A DNA stretch of 64,000 nt, from contig OZ245011.1 in the NCBI GenBank assembly GCA_965223665.1, positions 3,520,001 through 3,584,000 of the forward strand, given 5' to 3'. The translations under genes were made by a program, and so were the position numbers. Below, in pieces: positions 19,490 through 29,737 of the stretch; position 1 is the first letter of the stretch; the number at the start of each line of letters is the position of its first letter. A model generated the notes under the pieces. That model ran no database searches, had not been told where the DNA came from, and worked only from the letters and a program-made list of their open reading frames with translations. The stretch is from Nitrospinaceae bacterium. Its GTDB lineage: Bacteria; Nitrospinota; Nitrospinia; Nitrospinales; Nitrospinaceae.

Positions 19490-21316
19490 TCAAATAGAGT
19501 AATTGTGACCGGTGAGAATTTTTTTATCTTTTAGAAAGGTGAGGATTTTCTCTACCGCCTTTTCAATATCAGCAGCTTCCGACAGGGTCAATACAATTTC
19601 CGGTTTTCCCTTTGGGAATTGATCGTCAGTAACTTGAACTTCAATTAAGGGGGCAGGGTGGACAAGAAGAGCAACGTTAGAATGATCTTCTTGATTAAAA
19701 ACATTTGAAGTTGAAATTACCACATGACCTGCATCTACAAATAGCTTGGCTACTTCACCAAATCTTCGTACCGCTTCACCACCCGAAAAGTATTGTTCCC
19801 TGTCCATGTCAGCTCCAACTCCAAGTTGTATATTTCGACCGTCTAGTAAATAACTTTGATAGTTTTGGTGAAAGAGTTTTTGCTCTAATTTCCCAGCTAA
19901 AGGAGCTTTTCCAACTCCAGCCTTTCCAGTAAGTAATATCATTGCTGGCAGGTGACCGTTCCGGTAAGCTCTCATATCAGAAGTGACACTCCCCTGAACC
20001 CAATGGGAATCGCGATATTCGGCTTCATCTTTTATCCGGTCAACTTCCTCCAAAGGAGTGAAACCGGTTATGATACCCCCTCCACAAACATCATATTCAT
20101 CAACTAGAACAAATCTTCCTGTTCCTGCAATGTCATTGAAAATATCCAAAGCAATAGGTTGACGAGTTTTTAGGGTTAATTCAGCAACGTCATTTTTTGC
20201 AATAAAGTTTTGATCCGGCAAAGTTTCTAATGTTGAAGCATCAATGGCTTTTTTAAATTCAACAACTTCACACTCCACATTTTGTGTGGTCAATTTTATT
20301 TGATAGGTCATTCCTAATTCAAGGTGCCTTTTGCCCATCCAAAACACGTTTGCGTCGAAGGTGGTGGTTACCTGGGGAGGATTTTCTACTAACGAAGCAA
20401 TCTCTCCACGCTCAACAAAAATCTGTTCTTGTAAACAAATCCCAACGGATTCTTCCGCTTGCACAGAAGCGGGCGGATTAGGAACACTCCAAGCTTCAAT
20501 TGACTTTATAATGCTGGATTTTTGAGAGGGAAAAAAGATAACTCGATCACCGACTTTGGCTTGTCCCGCCTCGACTCGCCCTGCGATTATCCTTCGTTCA
20601 TCAAATTTGTATACATCCTGGACAGGAAGGCGAAAGGGTCGATTGACTTGAGGTAATTTTTCCTCAAACTGATCCAACTTTTCCAAAACAGTCGGGCCTT
20701 TATACCAATCCATATGTTGTGAGGCTTTGGCAATATTTTCACCCAACTTGGCTGACACGGGAATAAAGGCATTAGGTTCAACGCCAATGCTATTTAAGAA
20801 TTCGGTATATTCTGATTTAATTTTGAAATAGGTTTCAGCGTCATAGCCTACCAAATCCATTTTGTTAATAACCACAGCAACCTGAGTTAGACCTAATAAG
20901 TGAAGGATGTATCCATGACGCCGAGATTGCTCTTGGACGCCTTCATAAGCATCGATCAACAAAATTGCGCCTTCAGCGTTGGCTGCTCCTGTTACCATAT
21001 TTTTTAAAAATTCTTTATGGCCGGGAGCATCAATTATTACATAAGGTCTTTTTTCGGTTTTAAAGAAAATTTGCGAGGTATCGATTGTGATTCCTTGCTC
21101 TTGCTCTTCTTCCAAAGCATCAAGCAAAAAGGCAAATTCGAAGGCTTTACCCTGTTGATCACAAATATCCTGGATGAAGTCCAATTTCCCTGTCGGCAGG
21201 CTATCTGTATCGGCCATGAGACGACCCACAAGCGTAGATTTGCCATGATCGACATGACCGACGATGACCAAACGCATTTGTTTGGAGATGTGCTGTTGGT
21301 GGCCATTATTTCCCAT
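19490..21316 (-). CDS. cysN: Sulfate adenylyltransferase subunit 1 fused to degenerate APS kinase domain
   Basis: GHVDHGKST, EQGITID, DAPGH, NKMD; C-terminal YLLDG..RRFGEVAKLFVDAG. Confidence 0.93.
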   Translation of the reverse strand: MGNNGHQQHISKQMRLVIVGHVDHGKSTLVGRLMADTDSLPTGKLDFIQDICDQQGKAFEFAFLLDALEEEQEQGITIDTSQIFFKTEKRPYVIIDAPGHKEFLKNMVTGAANAEGAILLIDAYEGVQEQSRRHGYILHLLGLTQVAVVINKMDLVGYDAETYFKIKSEYTEFLNSIGVEPNAFIPVSAKLGENIAKASQHMDWYKGPTVLEKLDQFEEKLPQVNRPFRLPVQDVYKFDERRIIAGRVEAGQAKVGDRVIFFPSQKSSIIKSIEAWSVPNPPASVQAEESVGICLQEQIFVERGEIASLVENPPQVTTTFDANVFWMGKRHLELGMTYQIKLTTQNVECEVVEFKKAIDASTLETLPDQNFIAKNDVAELTLKTRQPIALDIFNDIAGTGRFVLVDEYDVCGGGIITGFTPLEEVDRIKDEAEYRDSHWVQGSVTSDMRAYRNGHLPAMILLTGKAGVGKAPLAGKLEQKLFHQNYQSYLLDGRNIQLGVGADMDREQYFSGGEAVRRFGEVAKLFVDAGHVVISTSNVFNQEDHSNVALLVHPAPLIEVQVTDDQFPKGKPEIVLTLSEAADIEKAVEKILTFLKDKKILTGHNYSI

Positions 21317-22116
21317 TACATATAACCTCTGGCCCTCAACTTTTGCATTGCATAAGTATTTTCTTGATCTTGCGCACGACCTGACCGCTCTGACACGGTG
21401 GTGGCCTTTAATTCCTCAATGATTTCCCTCACATTTTTGGCATTGGATTCAATGGACCCTGTACAAGGGGCACAACCTAAGGATCGATAACGACGGCCCT
21501 CTTTGGAAAAATATAGGTCGATAATTGGAATATTTTCTCTTTCGATATATTCCCAAACATTAACTTCCGTCCAATGTAAAAGGGGGTGGATTCTAATATG
21601 GGTCCCTTCTGAAAATGTGGTTTTAAATTGGTCCCATAATTCAGGAGGTTGATCCTTAAAATTCCATTCAAAATTTTTATCTCTTGGAGAAAAATAACGT
21701 TCCTTAGCACGTGTACCTTCCTCATCACGACGAATTCCCAAAATTAGGCCGGTATATCCCTCTTTTTCCATACAAATTTGCAGCCCCTGGGTTTTTAAAG
21801 CCTCACAACAGACTATACGGCCCATTTCGTGATTCATCCCCTCTTCAAGAGCTTTTTTATTTTGGCCAACCACCAAATTCAGCTTCCACTCTTTAGCATA
21901 ACGATCTCTATATTCAATCATTTGGGGAATTTTATAGCTTGTATCGATATGAACAAGCGGAATCGGACAATTGCCGAAAAAAGCTTTGCGGGCCAGCCAA
22001 AGCAATACTGTGGAGTCTTTTCCAATTGACCACAGCATGGCCAGATTTTTAAAATTTTTATAGGCCTCGCGCAAAATATAGATACTTTGGTTTTCCAATT
22101 CGCTTAAATGATCCAT
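21316..22116 (-). CDS. cysD: Sulfate adenylyltransferase subunit 2
   Basis: [32 protein letters not shown]. Confidence 0.96.
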   Translation of the reverse strand: MDHLSELENQSIYILREAYKNFKNLAMLWSIGKDSTVLLWLARKAFFGNCPIPLVHIDTSYKIPQMIEYRDRYAKEWKLNLVVGQNKKALEEGMNHEMGRIVCCEALKTQGLQICMEKEGYTGLILGIRRDEEGTRAKERYFSPRDKNFEWNFKDQPPELWDQFKTTFSEGTHIRIHPLLHWTEVNVWEYIERENIPIIDLYFSKEGRRYRSLGCAPCTGSIESNAKNVREIIEELKATTVSERSGRAQDQENTYAMQKLRARGYM

Positions 22117-22222
22117 TATTTCAAATTTTTCCTAAAATTCATGGGTTTGTATGCACACACTTTATCCTTTTGAGCTTATAGAATCAAGGGAATTGACTAA
22201 AAAGAGATTAAAAATTCGGTTT

Positions 22223-23779
22223 TTAACTATCGTGAAACTTTTCAACAATTTGCGGAAACTTACATCGCATACAATTATTTTCATTTTTGGTACAGAAATC
22301 TTGATAAATTTGCATTAATCCCTGAGTCTGGCGGTCGCTTGTTAGTGGTTTCAGCATTTTTTCCTGGTTTCCCAATAAGAATCTTTTCATAAACCGAATC
22401 CATTTATTATCTGCAGGTGGCTTAGGGGTGGAAAAAACCTCGCTAAGTATTGCCTCAAGTGCATTTGATTTACTTGCCCGCGCATATATGAGACCTATGG
22501 GTAAAACAATATTAATTATTATTTCGCGAGAGCGATCAGGGCCTATCAATTGTTGCGAATTTTTTAGTTGCTTTCCTCCTAAAATGTAATGCCGGCTCCA
22601 ATAATCCTCTGCCTCAATACAAAAAAAAGCAAAGCACTTTTTTAAGGCCGCTTTTTTTTCTTTGGAATTTTCCTGAAGGAGATTTACCTCCCTCAAGGTG
22701 TCTAAACAATTAGAAAATAAGCCAGAATCCCAGTTCCTTAATAGTAGATGACTTAGTCCGGCAATTCTACGGTAAGGAAAATTGGCGGGACGCATTTTCC
22801 CGAATTTCCATTCCTTGAACTGCATAATTTTATCTTTTAGTTCTGATGAATGATAATCCCAAATCGATTTTAATTTTGAAAAATAATTTTTTGCATCAGC
22901 ATTGAACGACTTTGAAGGTTCTTGAGAAAAATCTATAATATTAGATACTCCAAATAATAAGGCTTGTATTTGCAAAAGTCTTTCTTCATCTGTTTTTGCC
23001 AGTTGAGTTCTTCTTTTTAAATCTTCTAGAGGAAGAGATTCAGCTAAGGTTCTAAAGGCAATTTTATTATTGGGATATCCCATTGCTTCCGCGACACCTT
23101 CATAAAAAACCTGTTCGTAGCCCTTTATTATGATTCTGTCATGGAAACGATCCATTTTTGTTTGAATTCGTGCATCCCCAGCATTATTTAATAAGGAAGC
23201 AAACTTCTTTTGAGTAAGTTGTGAAAGAGGTTTGTAGCACAACCCATAATTAAATTGATTTAAAAGAGGATAGCTCTCAAAGTCCAATTCTTCATTGAGC
23301 TGGAGAATACCCTTCTTAAGATAGTTCTTTAACTCTAATTCGAAGATATGTGGACGTGACAGGTTTTTTTTGCTCTCTTTTCTGCGAGGTAACCTGGAAG
23401 ATGAGTTTCTTTGTTTCCATAAAAATACATGCAAAATGACATTATCATATTCATTGTTTTTAGAATGCCCATGAGATTTCCAATCCGCTCCATAAATATG
23501 CAACTCAACATCACCTTCATATAGCTTTCCTTCAATTCGAATAGCGGCACTTTTAAAATCGGGACCACTGCCGAAGTTCCAATATCCTGGAAAAACGACT
23601 TCTAAGGTTTTCCCATCGGTAGTTTTAAGCTCCTGTGTTTTTAACAGTTGGTCATTCCATACACAGCGGATGACCTTTTCAGGAACTCTGGGTTCTTCCT
23701 CTTCCTGGACCTCTGAATATAAATAAAGTTGTGTGAATTTATGATATAGGGTGGAAAAGTAGACCTGAGGCGAAATCAT
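22223..23779 (-). CDS. DUF2851-family protein
   Basis: PG.WN...GPDF, GDVELH, W..HGH, YDNVILHV, RPANFP.RR, C-terminal C..C..C; ATG overlaps cysS stop. Confidence 0.8.
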   Translation of the reverse strand: MISPQVYFSTLYHKFTQLYLYSEVQEEEEPRVPEKVIRCVWNDQLLKTQELKTTDGKTLEVVFPGYWNFGSGPDFKSAAIRIEGKLYEGDVELHIYGADWKSHGHSKNNEYDNVILHVFLWKQRNSSSRLPRRKESKKNLSRPHIFELELKNYLKKGILQLNEELDFESYPLLNQFNYGLCYKPLSQLTQKKFASLLNNAGDARIQTKMDRFHDRIIIKGYEQVFYEGVAEAMGYPNNKIAFRTLAESLPLEDLKRRTQLAKTDEERLLQIQALLFGVSNIIDFSQEPSKSFNADAKNYFSKLKSIWDYHSSELKDKIMQFKEWKFGKMRPANFPYRRIAGLSHLLLRNWDSGLFSNCLDTLREVNLLQENSKEKKAALKKCFAFFCIEAEDYWSRHYILGGKQLKNSQQLIGPDRSREIIINIVLPIGLIYARASKSNALEAILSEVFSTPKPPADNKWIRFMKRFLLGNQEKMLKPLTSDRQTQGLMQIYQDFCTKNENNCMRCKFPQIVEKFHDS

Positions 23780-25227
23780 TTTAATTTCCAAGTCGTGCCA
23801 GAGGGAGAATCTTCAATAATTACCCCCATTTTTGTCAATTCATCCCGGCATTGATCGGCTTTTTGGAATTCTTTTGATTTGCGAGCGGTGGTTCTTTGTT
23901 CGATTAAAGACTCTATTTTATTTACATCTAACCCCGTCGATTTTATTCGTAATTCTAAAGTGTCCGCAAGGTAGTCTTCTGGTTTTCGAAAAAACAATCC
24001 AAGGAGTTGGCCACAGTATTTAAGGGTTTTAGTAGATAGGTCAAAAGATAACCACTCTTCCTCACGGGGTGTCTTTTTAGCTAATAGCTTATTTAAATTA
24101 CGCAATTCTTCATTTAGGTGTGCTAGGACAACCGCCGTATTGAAGTCGTCATTCATTGCATTTTCTAACTTTTGCAATAGGGGTTGTTTTCGGAGCAGGT
24201 CCTGTTGATCCGAAATAGACGATGAAGAAAGATCACCACGAATTTTTTCAGCTTGCACAAAAAATTCATAAAAGCGATCCAATACTTTTGAGGCTTCCTC
24301 CAGGTTCTGATCTGAAAAATCTATTGGACTTCTATAATGATTGCTAATCAAAAAAAGTCGCAATGATTCAGGATGGTATTTCTCTAAAATGTCACGAATA
24401 GTAAAAAAATTTCCCAGGGATTTTGACATTTTCTCTTTATTGATATTTACGAAGCCGTTGTGAATCCAATATTTTACTGGTGGTTTACCCGTAAACCCAC
24501 AAGATTGCGCCACTTCATTTTCATGGTGCGGAAAAACCAAATCTTTTCCACCCCCATGAATATCAAATTGTTCCCCAAGATATTCATAACTCATGGCAGA
24601 ACATTCAATATGCCAACCGGGTCGTCCAGGACCCCAGGGGCTTTCCCATGAAGGTTCTCCTGGTTTACTGCGTTTCCAAAGAGCAAAATCTAAAGGATCT
24701 TTTTTGTGTTCTCCAATTTCAACACGTGCTCCGGCTAAAAGATCATCCAGGTTTCTTCCTGATAGTTTTCCATATTCCTCAAATGAGCGAACAGAATAAT
24801 AAACATCTCCATCAGATTCATAAGCTTTTCCTTGATCCACTAGAGAAGAAACCATTTTTAGCATGGTATTAATGTGCTCAGTAGCTTTAGGTTCTTGAGT
24901 AGGAGACTCTATATTTAATTGGCCCATATCTTGATAAAATGCATCAATATATTTTTCTGTCACTTCTTTCCAAGTGATGTTTTCTTCCTGAGCTCGTTTA
25001 ATAATTTTATCGTCGATGTCTGTAAAATTTCGTACATAAGAAACTTCAAAACCTAGATGCTTTAAGTACCTAAAAATTGTATCAAATACGATTGCTGCCC
25101 TAGCATGGCCTACATGGCAAAAATCATAAACCGTGACACCACAGACATACATATTCACTTTGCCATTAGTAATGGGTGTGAAGTCTTCTTTAGATAAGGT
25201 AAGAGTATTAAATATTCGCAAGCTCAT
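23776..25227 (-). CDS. cysS: Cysteine--tRNA ligase
   Basis: MYVCGVTVYD..HVGH, GRPGWHIECS, DIHGGG.DL.FPHHENE, KMSKS. Confidence 0.98.
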   Translation of the reverse strand: MSLRIFNTLTLSKEDFTPITNGKVNMYVCGVTVYDFCHVGHARAAIVFDTIFRYLKHLGFEVSYVRNFTDIDDKIIKRAQEENITWKEVTEKYIDAFYQDMGQLNIESPTQEPKATEHINTMLKMVSSLVDQGKAYESDGDVYYSVRSFEEYGKLSGRNLDDLLAGARVEIGEHKKDPLDFALWKRSKPGEPSWESPWGPGRPGWHIECSAMSYEYLGEQFDIHGGGKDLVFPHHENEVAQSCGFTGKPPVKYWIHNGFVNINKEKMSKSLGNFFTIRDILEKYHPESLRLFLISNHYRSPIDFSDQNLEEASKVLDRFYEFFVQAEKIRGDLSSSSISDQQDLLRKQPLLQKLENAMNDDFNTAVVLAHLNEELRNLNKLLAKKTPREEEWLSFDLSTKTLKYCGQLLGLFFRKPEDYLADTLELRIKSTGLDVNKIESLIEQRTTARKSKEFQKADQCRDELTKMGVIIEDSPSGTTWKLK

Positions 25228-25288
25228 GGATCACAAATTACCATTCCTCATTTGTAAAATCAAATCGGTAAAATAATGAGAAATTTAA

Positions 25289-27268
25289 TCAGGGGGTAGG
25301 ATTTAAACGGTTTTTTAATTCTTGGACATTGTTCCGCAATTGTGCGATCACTCGGTCGGCTTCAAACTTTAAAGATTCTTCTGTAGGTTTTTTCTTTTTA
25401 TTAAGACCAGAAATTTGTTTGCGTATGGAGTCTAATTGATCTTCAATAACTTTACCCCGATTCTCACTAAAACTTTTAGAAATTGCACCTTTTAGACCCG
25501 CACCATCATAATATTTGGTAATAGCAATAAGCATTCTTTTTCTGGATAAGTATTTTTTCCCATCTTTCCAGGCCCGAATCGCTTTGCTGACTTCTTCTTC
25601 AATATTATCGACCACAAGATTATAGTCCGTCTCATCCACTAAATCATGGACTTCATCGGGTTGGGAAACCGATTTGATAGTGATGTCCAAAGTTTGGTCT
25701 ACTCCAGTCAAAGACACTCCTTTGGCATGTTTTTGAACTTCTTCAGGAAACAGTCGTGGATGCCATAATGTCATAATATATTCCTGACTTTTAACCTTAT
25801 CAAAATGGAATTCTCCGTTCTCGTTTGTTCGAGCAAAATATCCATTAGGGGCTACAAATAAAGTTCCAAGCATGTCTTTGTGGATATTGCAGCGAAGAAT
25901 TACCGGCCCAGGCTGCGAAAGCTTAATTTCTTTCCCCGTTCCTGCAGCCATAGCACCCAGGTTGAACTGGTTGTTTAGAGATTTTGAATATATGTTATGT
26001 ACTTCTCGATCATCATTTACAAATGTAATTGTAGATCCAACCATCACGACAGAATTACTGGGTACGAATTGCATGTTTCGTTGAAAAATTTTAATTTTTT
26101 GCGATGTTTGATCAGGAACTTTTAATTTGTTTGTTGTTTCTAAATAAACAATGCCGCGAGAATCTACGGGTTCCCCATTGATAGTTGCTGATCCTTTTAT
26201 ATTTGTAATGGGATTAACAATTTTTGCTGCGGACCCATCCGATCCCTCTTGTTTATGGTCAGAACCCTCTTCTTTTTTTGCTTTTTCGTCTAACTTTGCA
26301 GTTTTTGTTGTTTCTTTTTTCTTGTCTGATTTCTTGGGAGAGGGTTTTAAAGGTGCTTTTTTCATACCTTTTCCGGGATTTTTTAATCCCATAGCAGTTA
26401 AAAACTGTACAACAAATGGTTTTTCGTATTGCTTGTCCAACTCAATCGCTTTTTGAAAATGGGGGGCAGCTTTTTCAAATTTTTTCTGTAAACTTCTAAC
26501 AATTCCAAGATTGAAATGACCTTGGGCAAAGTCGTCCTTTATTTCTAAAGCTTTCACATAATTCGCTTCTTCATTTTTAAAATCTTTTTTTAATCCATAG
26601 CTCTTTCCTAAATAATTGTATGCCAGATAATGTTTAGGATCGAGTTCTACTGTTTTTTTAAAAAGTTTAATAGCTTCATCTGATTTTTTTTCATGCAAGC
26701 GAGATAAGCCCCAATTGAAAGTTATTTCTGAATCGTTGGGGGCTAATTGCAGGGCTTTTTCGAAGCGTCTATTAGCACCCTTGAATTTTTTTTGCATTCG
26801 TAAGGATGCTCCCCAGATGGAATAAACTTCCGGGGAGTCAGGGCTTAACTCAGCTGCTTTCTCAAACTGAACGTCAGCCAATTCATATTTGCCCTTTTCT
26901 GTAAGTTCCATTCCTTTAGAAATAAACTGTAATGCCTCAGGAGAAATCGCTGCTTTTGACTTTGGTTTCTCAAAAGGTTTTTCAGGGGATGGGGAAACTT
27001 CTTTTTTTATACTGTTTGAAGGTTCTGTTTGTTTGGTTTTTGATAAAGGTTCTTTACTCTTTATATTTGTTGAAGTGGGCTTTTCATTTTCGGGGCTTTC
27101 AAGGGTCGCGGCTGTTTTTTTGAATTTATTGTAAGGTTCAAGTTTATTTTTTGGGAGTGTAAAAGTAATCAGCCCCCAAACTAAGAGACCGGTTGCAACC
27201 AAGCCTAATACAACTTTGACCCAGGAAGTGGATGATGAAGTATTTTTAGATTCTTTGTTAAGTCCCAT
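25289..27268 (-). CDS. Membrane-anchored TPR + cupredoxin-like + beta-sandwich + helical-bundle protein
   Basis: N-terminal TM, about 5 TPRs, HNIYS...CNIHKDM copper motif, helical C-terminus. Confidence 0.8.
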   Translation of the reverse strand: MGLNKESKNTSSSTSWVKVVLGLVATGLLVWGLITFTLPKNKLEPYNKFKKTAATLESPENEKPTSTNIKSKEPLSKTKQTEPSNSIKKEVSPSPEKPFEKPKSKAAISPEALQFISKGMELTEKGKYELADVQFEKAAELSPDSPEVYSIWGASLRMQKKFKGANRRFEKALQLAPNDSEITFNWGLSRLHEKKSDEAIKLFKKTVELDPKHYLAYNYLGKSYGLKKDFKNEEANYVKALEIKDDFAQGHFNLGIVRSLQKKFEKAAPHFQKAIELDKQYEKPFVVQFLTAMGLKNPGKGMKKAPLKPSPKKSDKKKETTKTAKLDEKAKKEEGSDHKQEGSDGSAAKIVNPITNIKGSATINGEPVDSRGIVYLETTNKLKVPDQTSQKIKIFQRNMQFVPSNSVVMVGSTITFVNDDREVHNIYSKSLNNQFNLGAMAAGTGKEIKLSQPGPVILRCNIHKDMLGTLFVAPNGYFARTNENGEFHFDKVKSQEYIMTLWHPRLFPEEVQKHAKGVSLTGVDQTLDITIKSVSQPDEVHDLVDETDYNLVVDNIEEEVSKAIRAWKDGKKYLSRKRMLIAITKYYDGAGLKGAISKSFSENRGKVIEDQLDSIRKQISGLNKKKKPTEESLKFEADRVIAQLRNNVQELKNRLNPTP

Positions 27269-27382
27269 TTAATTGGCCCTAATTCCAAAATAAGTTAAGA
27301 ATAAAATAGAGCGGGTTTTTAATATAATATTCCCACAAAATTGATTTATTGCTTTTACCTCGAGCAAAATTTTGGTTGAAAA

Positions 27383-27631
27383 TTAAAGTTCAGACCTAAG
27401 TCGAGGGATGGGCAATTTAAAAATATCTTTATTTGGATAATCTTTAATGGTCGCAGGATTAGAAGAGTCTTTTGAAGACCCCTGAATTTTTGAGGCAAAT
27501 GTAGACAATTTGTAATTCACCCGCGATGACCCGCATACTTCGCAGGCCGTTTCATCTTTATTTGTAGAAGTGGATTGTAGAAGAGTGAACGGCTTCTGAC
27601 AATCTTCACAAAAATATTCGTATAAAGGCAT
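27383..27631 (-). CDS. FmdB-family zinc-ribbon protein
   Basis: MPLYEYFCEDC...CEVCGS. Confidence 0.88.
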   Translation of the reverse strand: MPLYEYFCEDCQKPFTLLQSTSTNKDETACEVCGSSRVNYKLSTFASKIQGSSKDSSNPATIKDYPNKDIFKLPIPRLRSEL

Positions 27632-27802
27632 TAAATAAGTCTTTTCTATAAAAATCTTTAGTTGCAAAGTTTTGAATATTAGGATTTAATCATAGCTCCA
27701 ATTGACCTGTCAATTGTATTTTCCTCTAGATTGCAGGTCGGCGAGGCTTCTTTAAGCCGTTATTTGCCAAATTCAATACTTTCCAGGTTTCCAGAAGGTT
27801 CC

Positions 27803-28975
27803 ATGAAAACTTTAACTGCTAAATCTTTAGCCAACAAATCGTTCGAGAAAAAAATTAAAGGTAAATCAGGATATATTCCGGACCACATTATTGAGCTGGC
27901 TTGCCATCAAGGATTAATACGAACTGAAAGCACTTTATGGGATAGCCAAATTCAACCGGTGAGTTTAGATTTGCGTTTAGGCGAACGGGCTTATCGTATT
28001 CAAAGTAGTTTTTTACCTGAAAATGAAACCGTAGATGCTAAGCTTCGGGATCTTTTACTTTATGAAATTGATATTCGGGATGGGGGTATTTTGGAGAAAG
28101 GGGCTATTTATTTAATTCCTCTTGCTGAAGAATTAGAACTTCCTCCTACAGTTTATGGTTGTACCAACCCGAAAAGCTCTACCGGCCGATTAGATATGTT
28201 CACTCGTGTAATTATTGACAGAGGACATCGCTTTGATGAAATTTCTCCGGGTTATAAGGGAAAGTTGTTTTTGGAAGTAATTTGTAGATCTTTTCCTGTC
28301 CGGGTTAAAGAAGGTATCACTTTAAATCAGTTACGCTTAGTTCAAGGGGATCCGGATCTTTCTGATTCGAAATTTAGGGCATATTTCAAAAAGAAACCTA
28401 TTTTATATGGAAAAAGTGGCGCTCCCTTAAAAGTGGATCAAGTCAAAATTGAAAATGGGCTTTATATTAGTGTGGATTTACAGGGAAGCGGGAAAAATCC
28501 GATAGTCGCCTATAAGGCGAAAACGAATAGCAGTGTTATTGATCTTACCCGGACGAATTATTATAACCCGGAAGACTTTTGGGAGCCGGTCCATCTTCAA
28601 AAGAAAAATAGGCTTATTTTAGAACCAGAAAGTTTCTATATTATGATGTCTCAAGAAAAAATATGTATTTGGCCAGATCTTGTGGGTGAAATGGTCGCTT
28701 ATGAACCGAATAGCGGAGAATTGCGAACCCACTATGCAGGATTCTTCGACCCTGGGTTTGGATGGCATGGGGGTTCGCAAATAAAGGGGCAGGGAACCCG
28801 TGCGGTAATGGAAGTCAGGCCGCATGATGTGCCATTTATGATTGAGGATGGGCAAACATTTTGTCGATTAAAGTTTGAAAAAATTCTATCTAAACCAAAC
28901 CGAGTTTACGGCAGAAAAATATCCTCACACTATCATTCCCAAGAATTAGCCCTAAGCAAATATTTTAAGAGTTAA
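27803..28975 (+). CDS. dcd: 2'-deoxycytidine 5'-triphosphate deaminase (long form)
   Basis: QPVSLDLRLG, NPKSSTGRLD, GELRTHYAGFFDPGFG, EVRPHDVPF. Confidence 0.9.
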   Translation: MKTLTAKSLANKSFEKKIKGKSGYIPDHIIELACHQGLIRTESTLWDSQIQPVSLDLRLGERAYRIQSSFLPENETVDAKLRDLLLYEIDIRDGGILEKGAIYLIPLAEELELPPTVYGCTNPKSSTGRLDMFTRVIIDRGHRFDEISPGYKGKLFLEVICRSFPVRVKEGITLNQLRLVQGDPDLSDSKFRAYFKKKPILYGKSGAPLKVDQVKIENGLYISVDLQGSGKNPIVAYKAKTNSSVIDLTRTNYYNPEDFWEPVHLQKKNRLILEPESFYIMMSQEKICIWPDLVGEMVAYEPNSGELRTHYAGFFDPGFGWHGGSQIKGQGTRAVMEVRPHDVPFMIEDGQTFCRLKFEKILSKPNRVYGRKISSHYHSQELALSKYFKS

Positions 28976-29043
28976 GTCATTAATAAATCTTTGCGGTCCT
29001 CAAATAATCCCGATAAAATAAAAACCTGACAGAGGAATAAACT

Positions 29044-29712
29044 GTGGAACGAAACGAATTAAAAGCAATCCTGGAAAATCTCCTTTTGGCGGCAGATACT
29101 CCTATCAGCATCGATGAACTGCAGCAAGTTTTTATTAATGGTGTAGATAAGGGAGAGTTGCAGGCTTCCATGGAAGAACTGCAGCAGGATTATAATGCGA
29201 ATAATTTACAAATTATTGAAGTGGCGGAAGGTTTCCAACTTTGTACTCGCCAAGAATATTCTGAATGGATCCGAAAGTTTTTTAAATTAGATAAAACATT
29301 CCGTCTTTCGCAACCTGCTTTAGATACCTTATCTATTATTGCCTATAAACAACCCATTACTCGTGTAGAAGTCGAGGAAATTCGTGGTGTAGATTGTAAT
29401 GGCGTGATTAAAACATTATTGGAAAAAAAGATCATTGGTACTGCAGGGCGTAAGGATGTTCCAGGTAAACCCATAATGTATAAAACTACACCTAAGTTTT
29501 TAGAATACTTTGCATTAAAAGATTTAAACGAACTACCTACCTTAGATGATTTTAATGAAGAAATTGAGGGAGAAGATAGTCCCGTTCAAGCTGAATTGTT
29601 TAATGAAAATGAACCTCCAAAAACCTCAGGAAATGGCCACAGTCAAGAGGTAGAATCGGGAAAACCTTCGCAGGAAGAGTTGAATCCTGAGGGTGATTTA
29701 AAAAGCGAATAA
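29044..29712 (+). CDS. scpB: SMC-Scp complex subunit ScpB
   Basis: LS..ALDTLSIIAYKQPITR..EEIRGV, GKPIMYKTT..FL..F.L. Confidence 0.95.
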   Translation: MERNELKAILENLLLAADTPISIDELQQVFINGVDKGELQASMEELQQDYNANNLQIIEVAEGFQLCTRQEYSEWIRKFFKLDKTFRLSQPALDTLSIIAYKQPITRVEVEEIRGVDCNGVIKTLLEKKIIGTAGRKDVPGKPIMYKTTPKFLEYFALKDLNELPTLDDFNEEIEGEDSPVQAELFNENEPPKTSGNGHSQEVESGKPSQEELNPEGDLKSE

Positions 29713-29737
29713 TATCTCTTCTTTATTCAAAATAATT

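Noticed and set aside
25262-25287. TAAA-N14-ACCGATTT sigma28-like motif upstream of cysS
   Set aside because: Short spacer and housekeeping target; treated as a chance match, and a caution for the other sigma28 calls
27731-27802. N-terminal extension of dcd from TTG 27731
   Set aside because: ATG 27803 has an AGAAGG RBS; the extension lies in the promoter region
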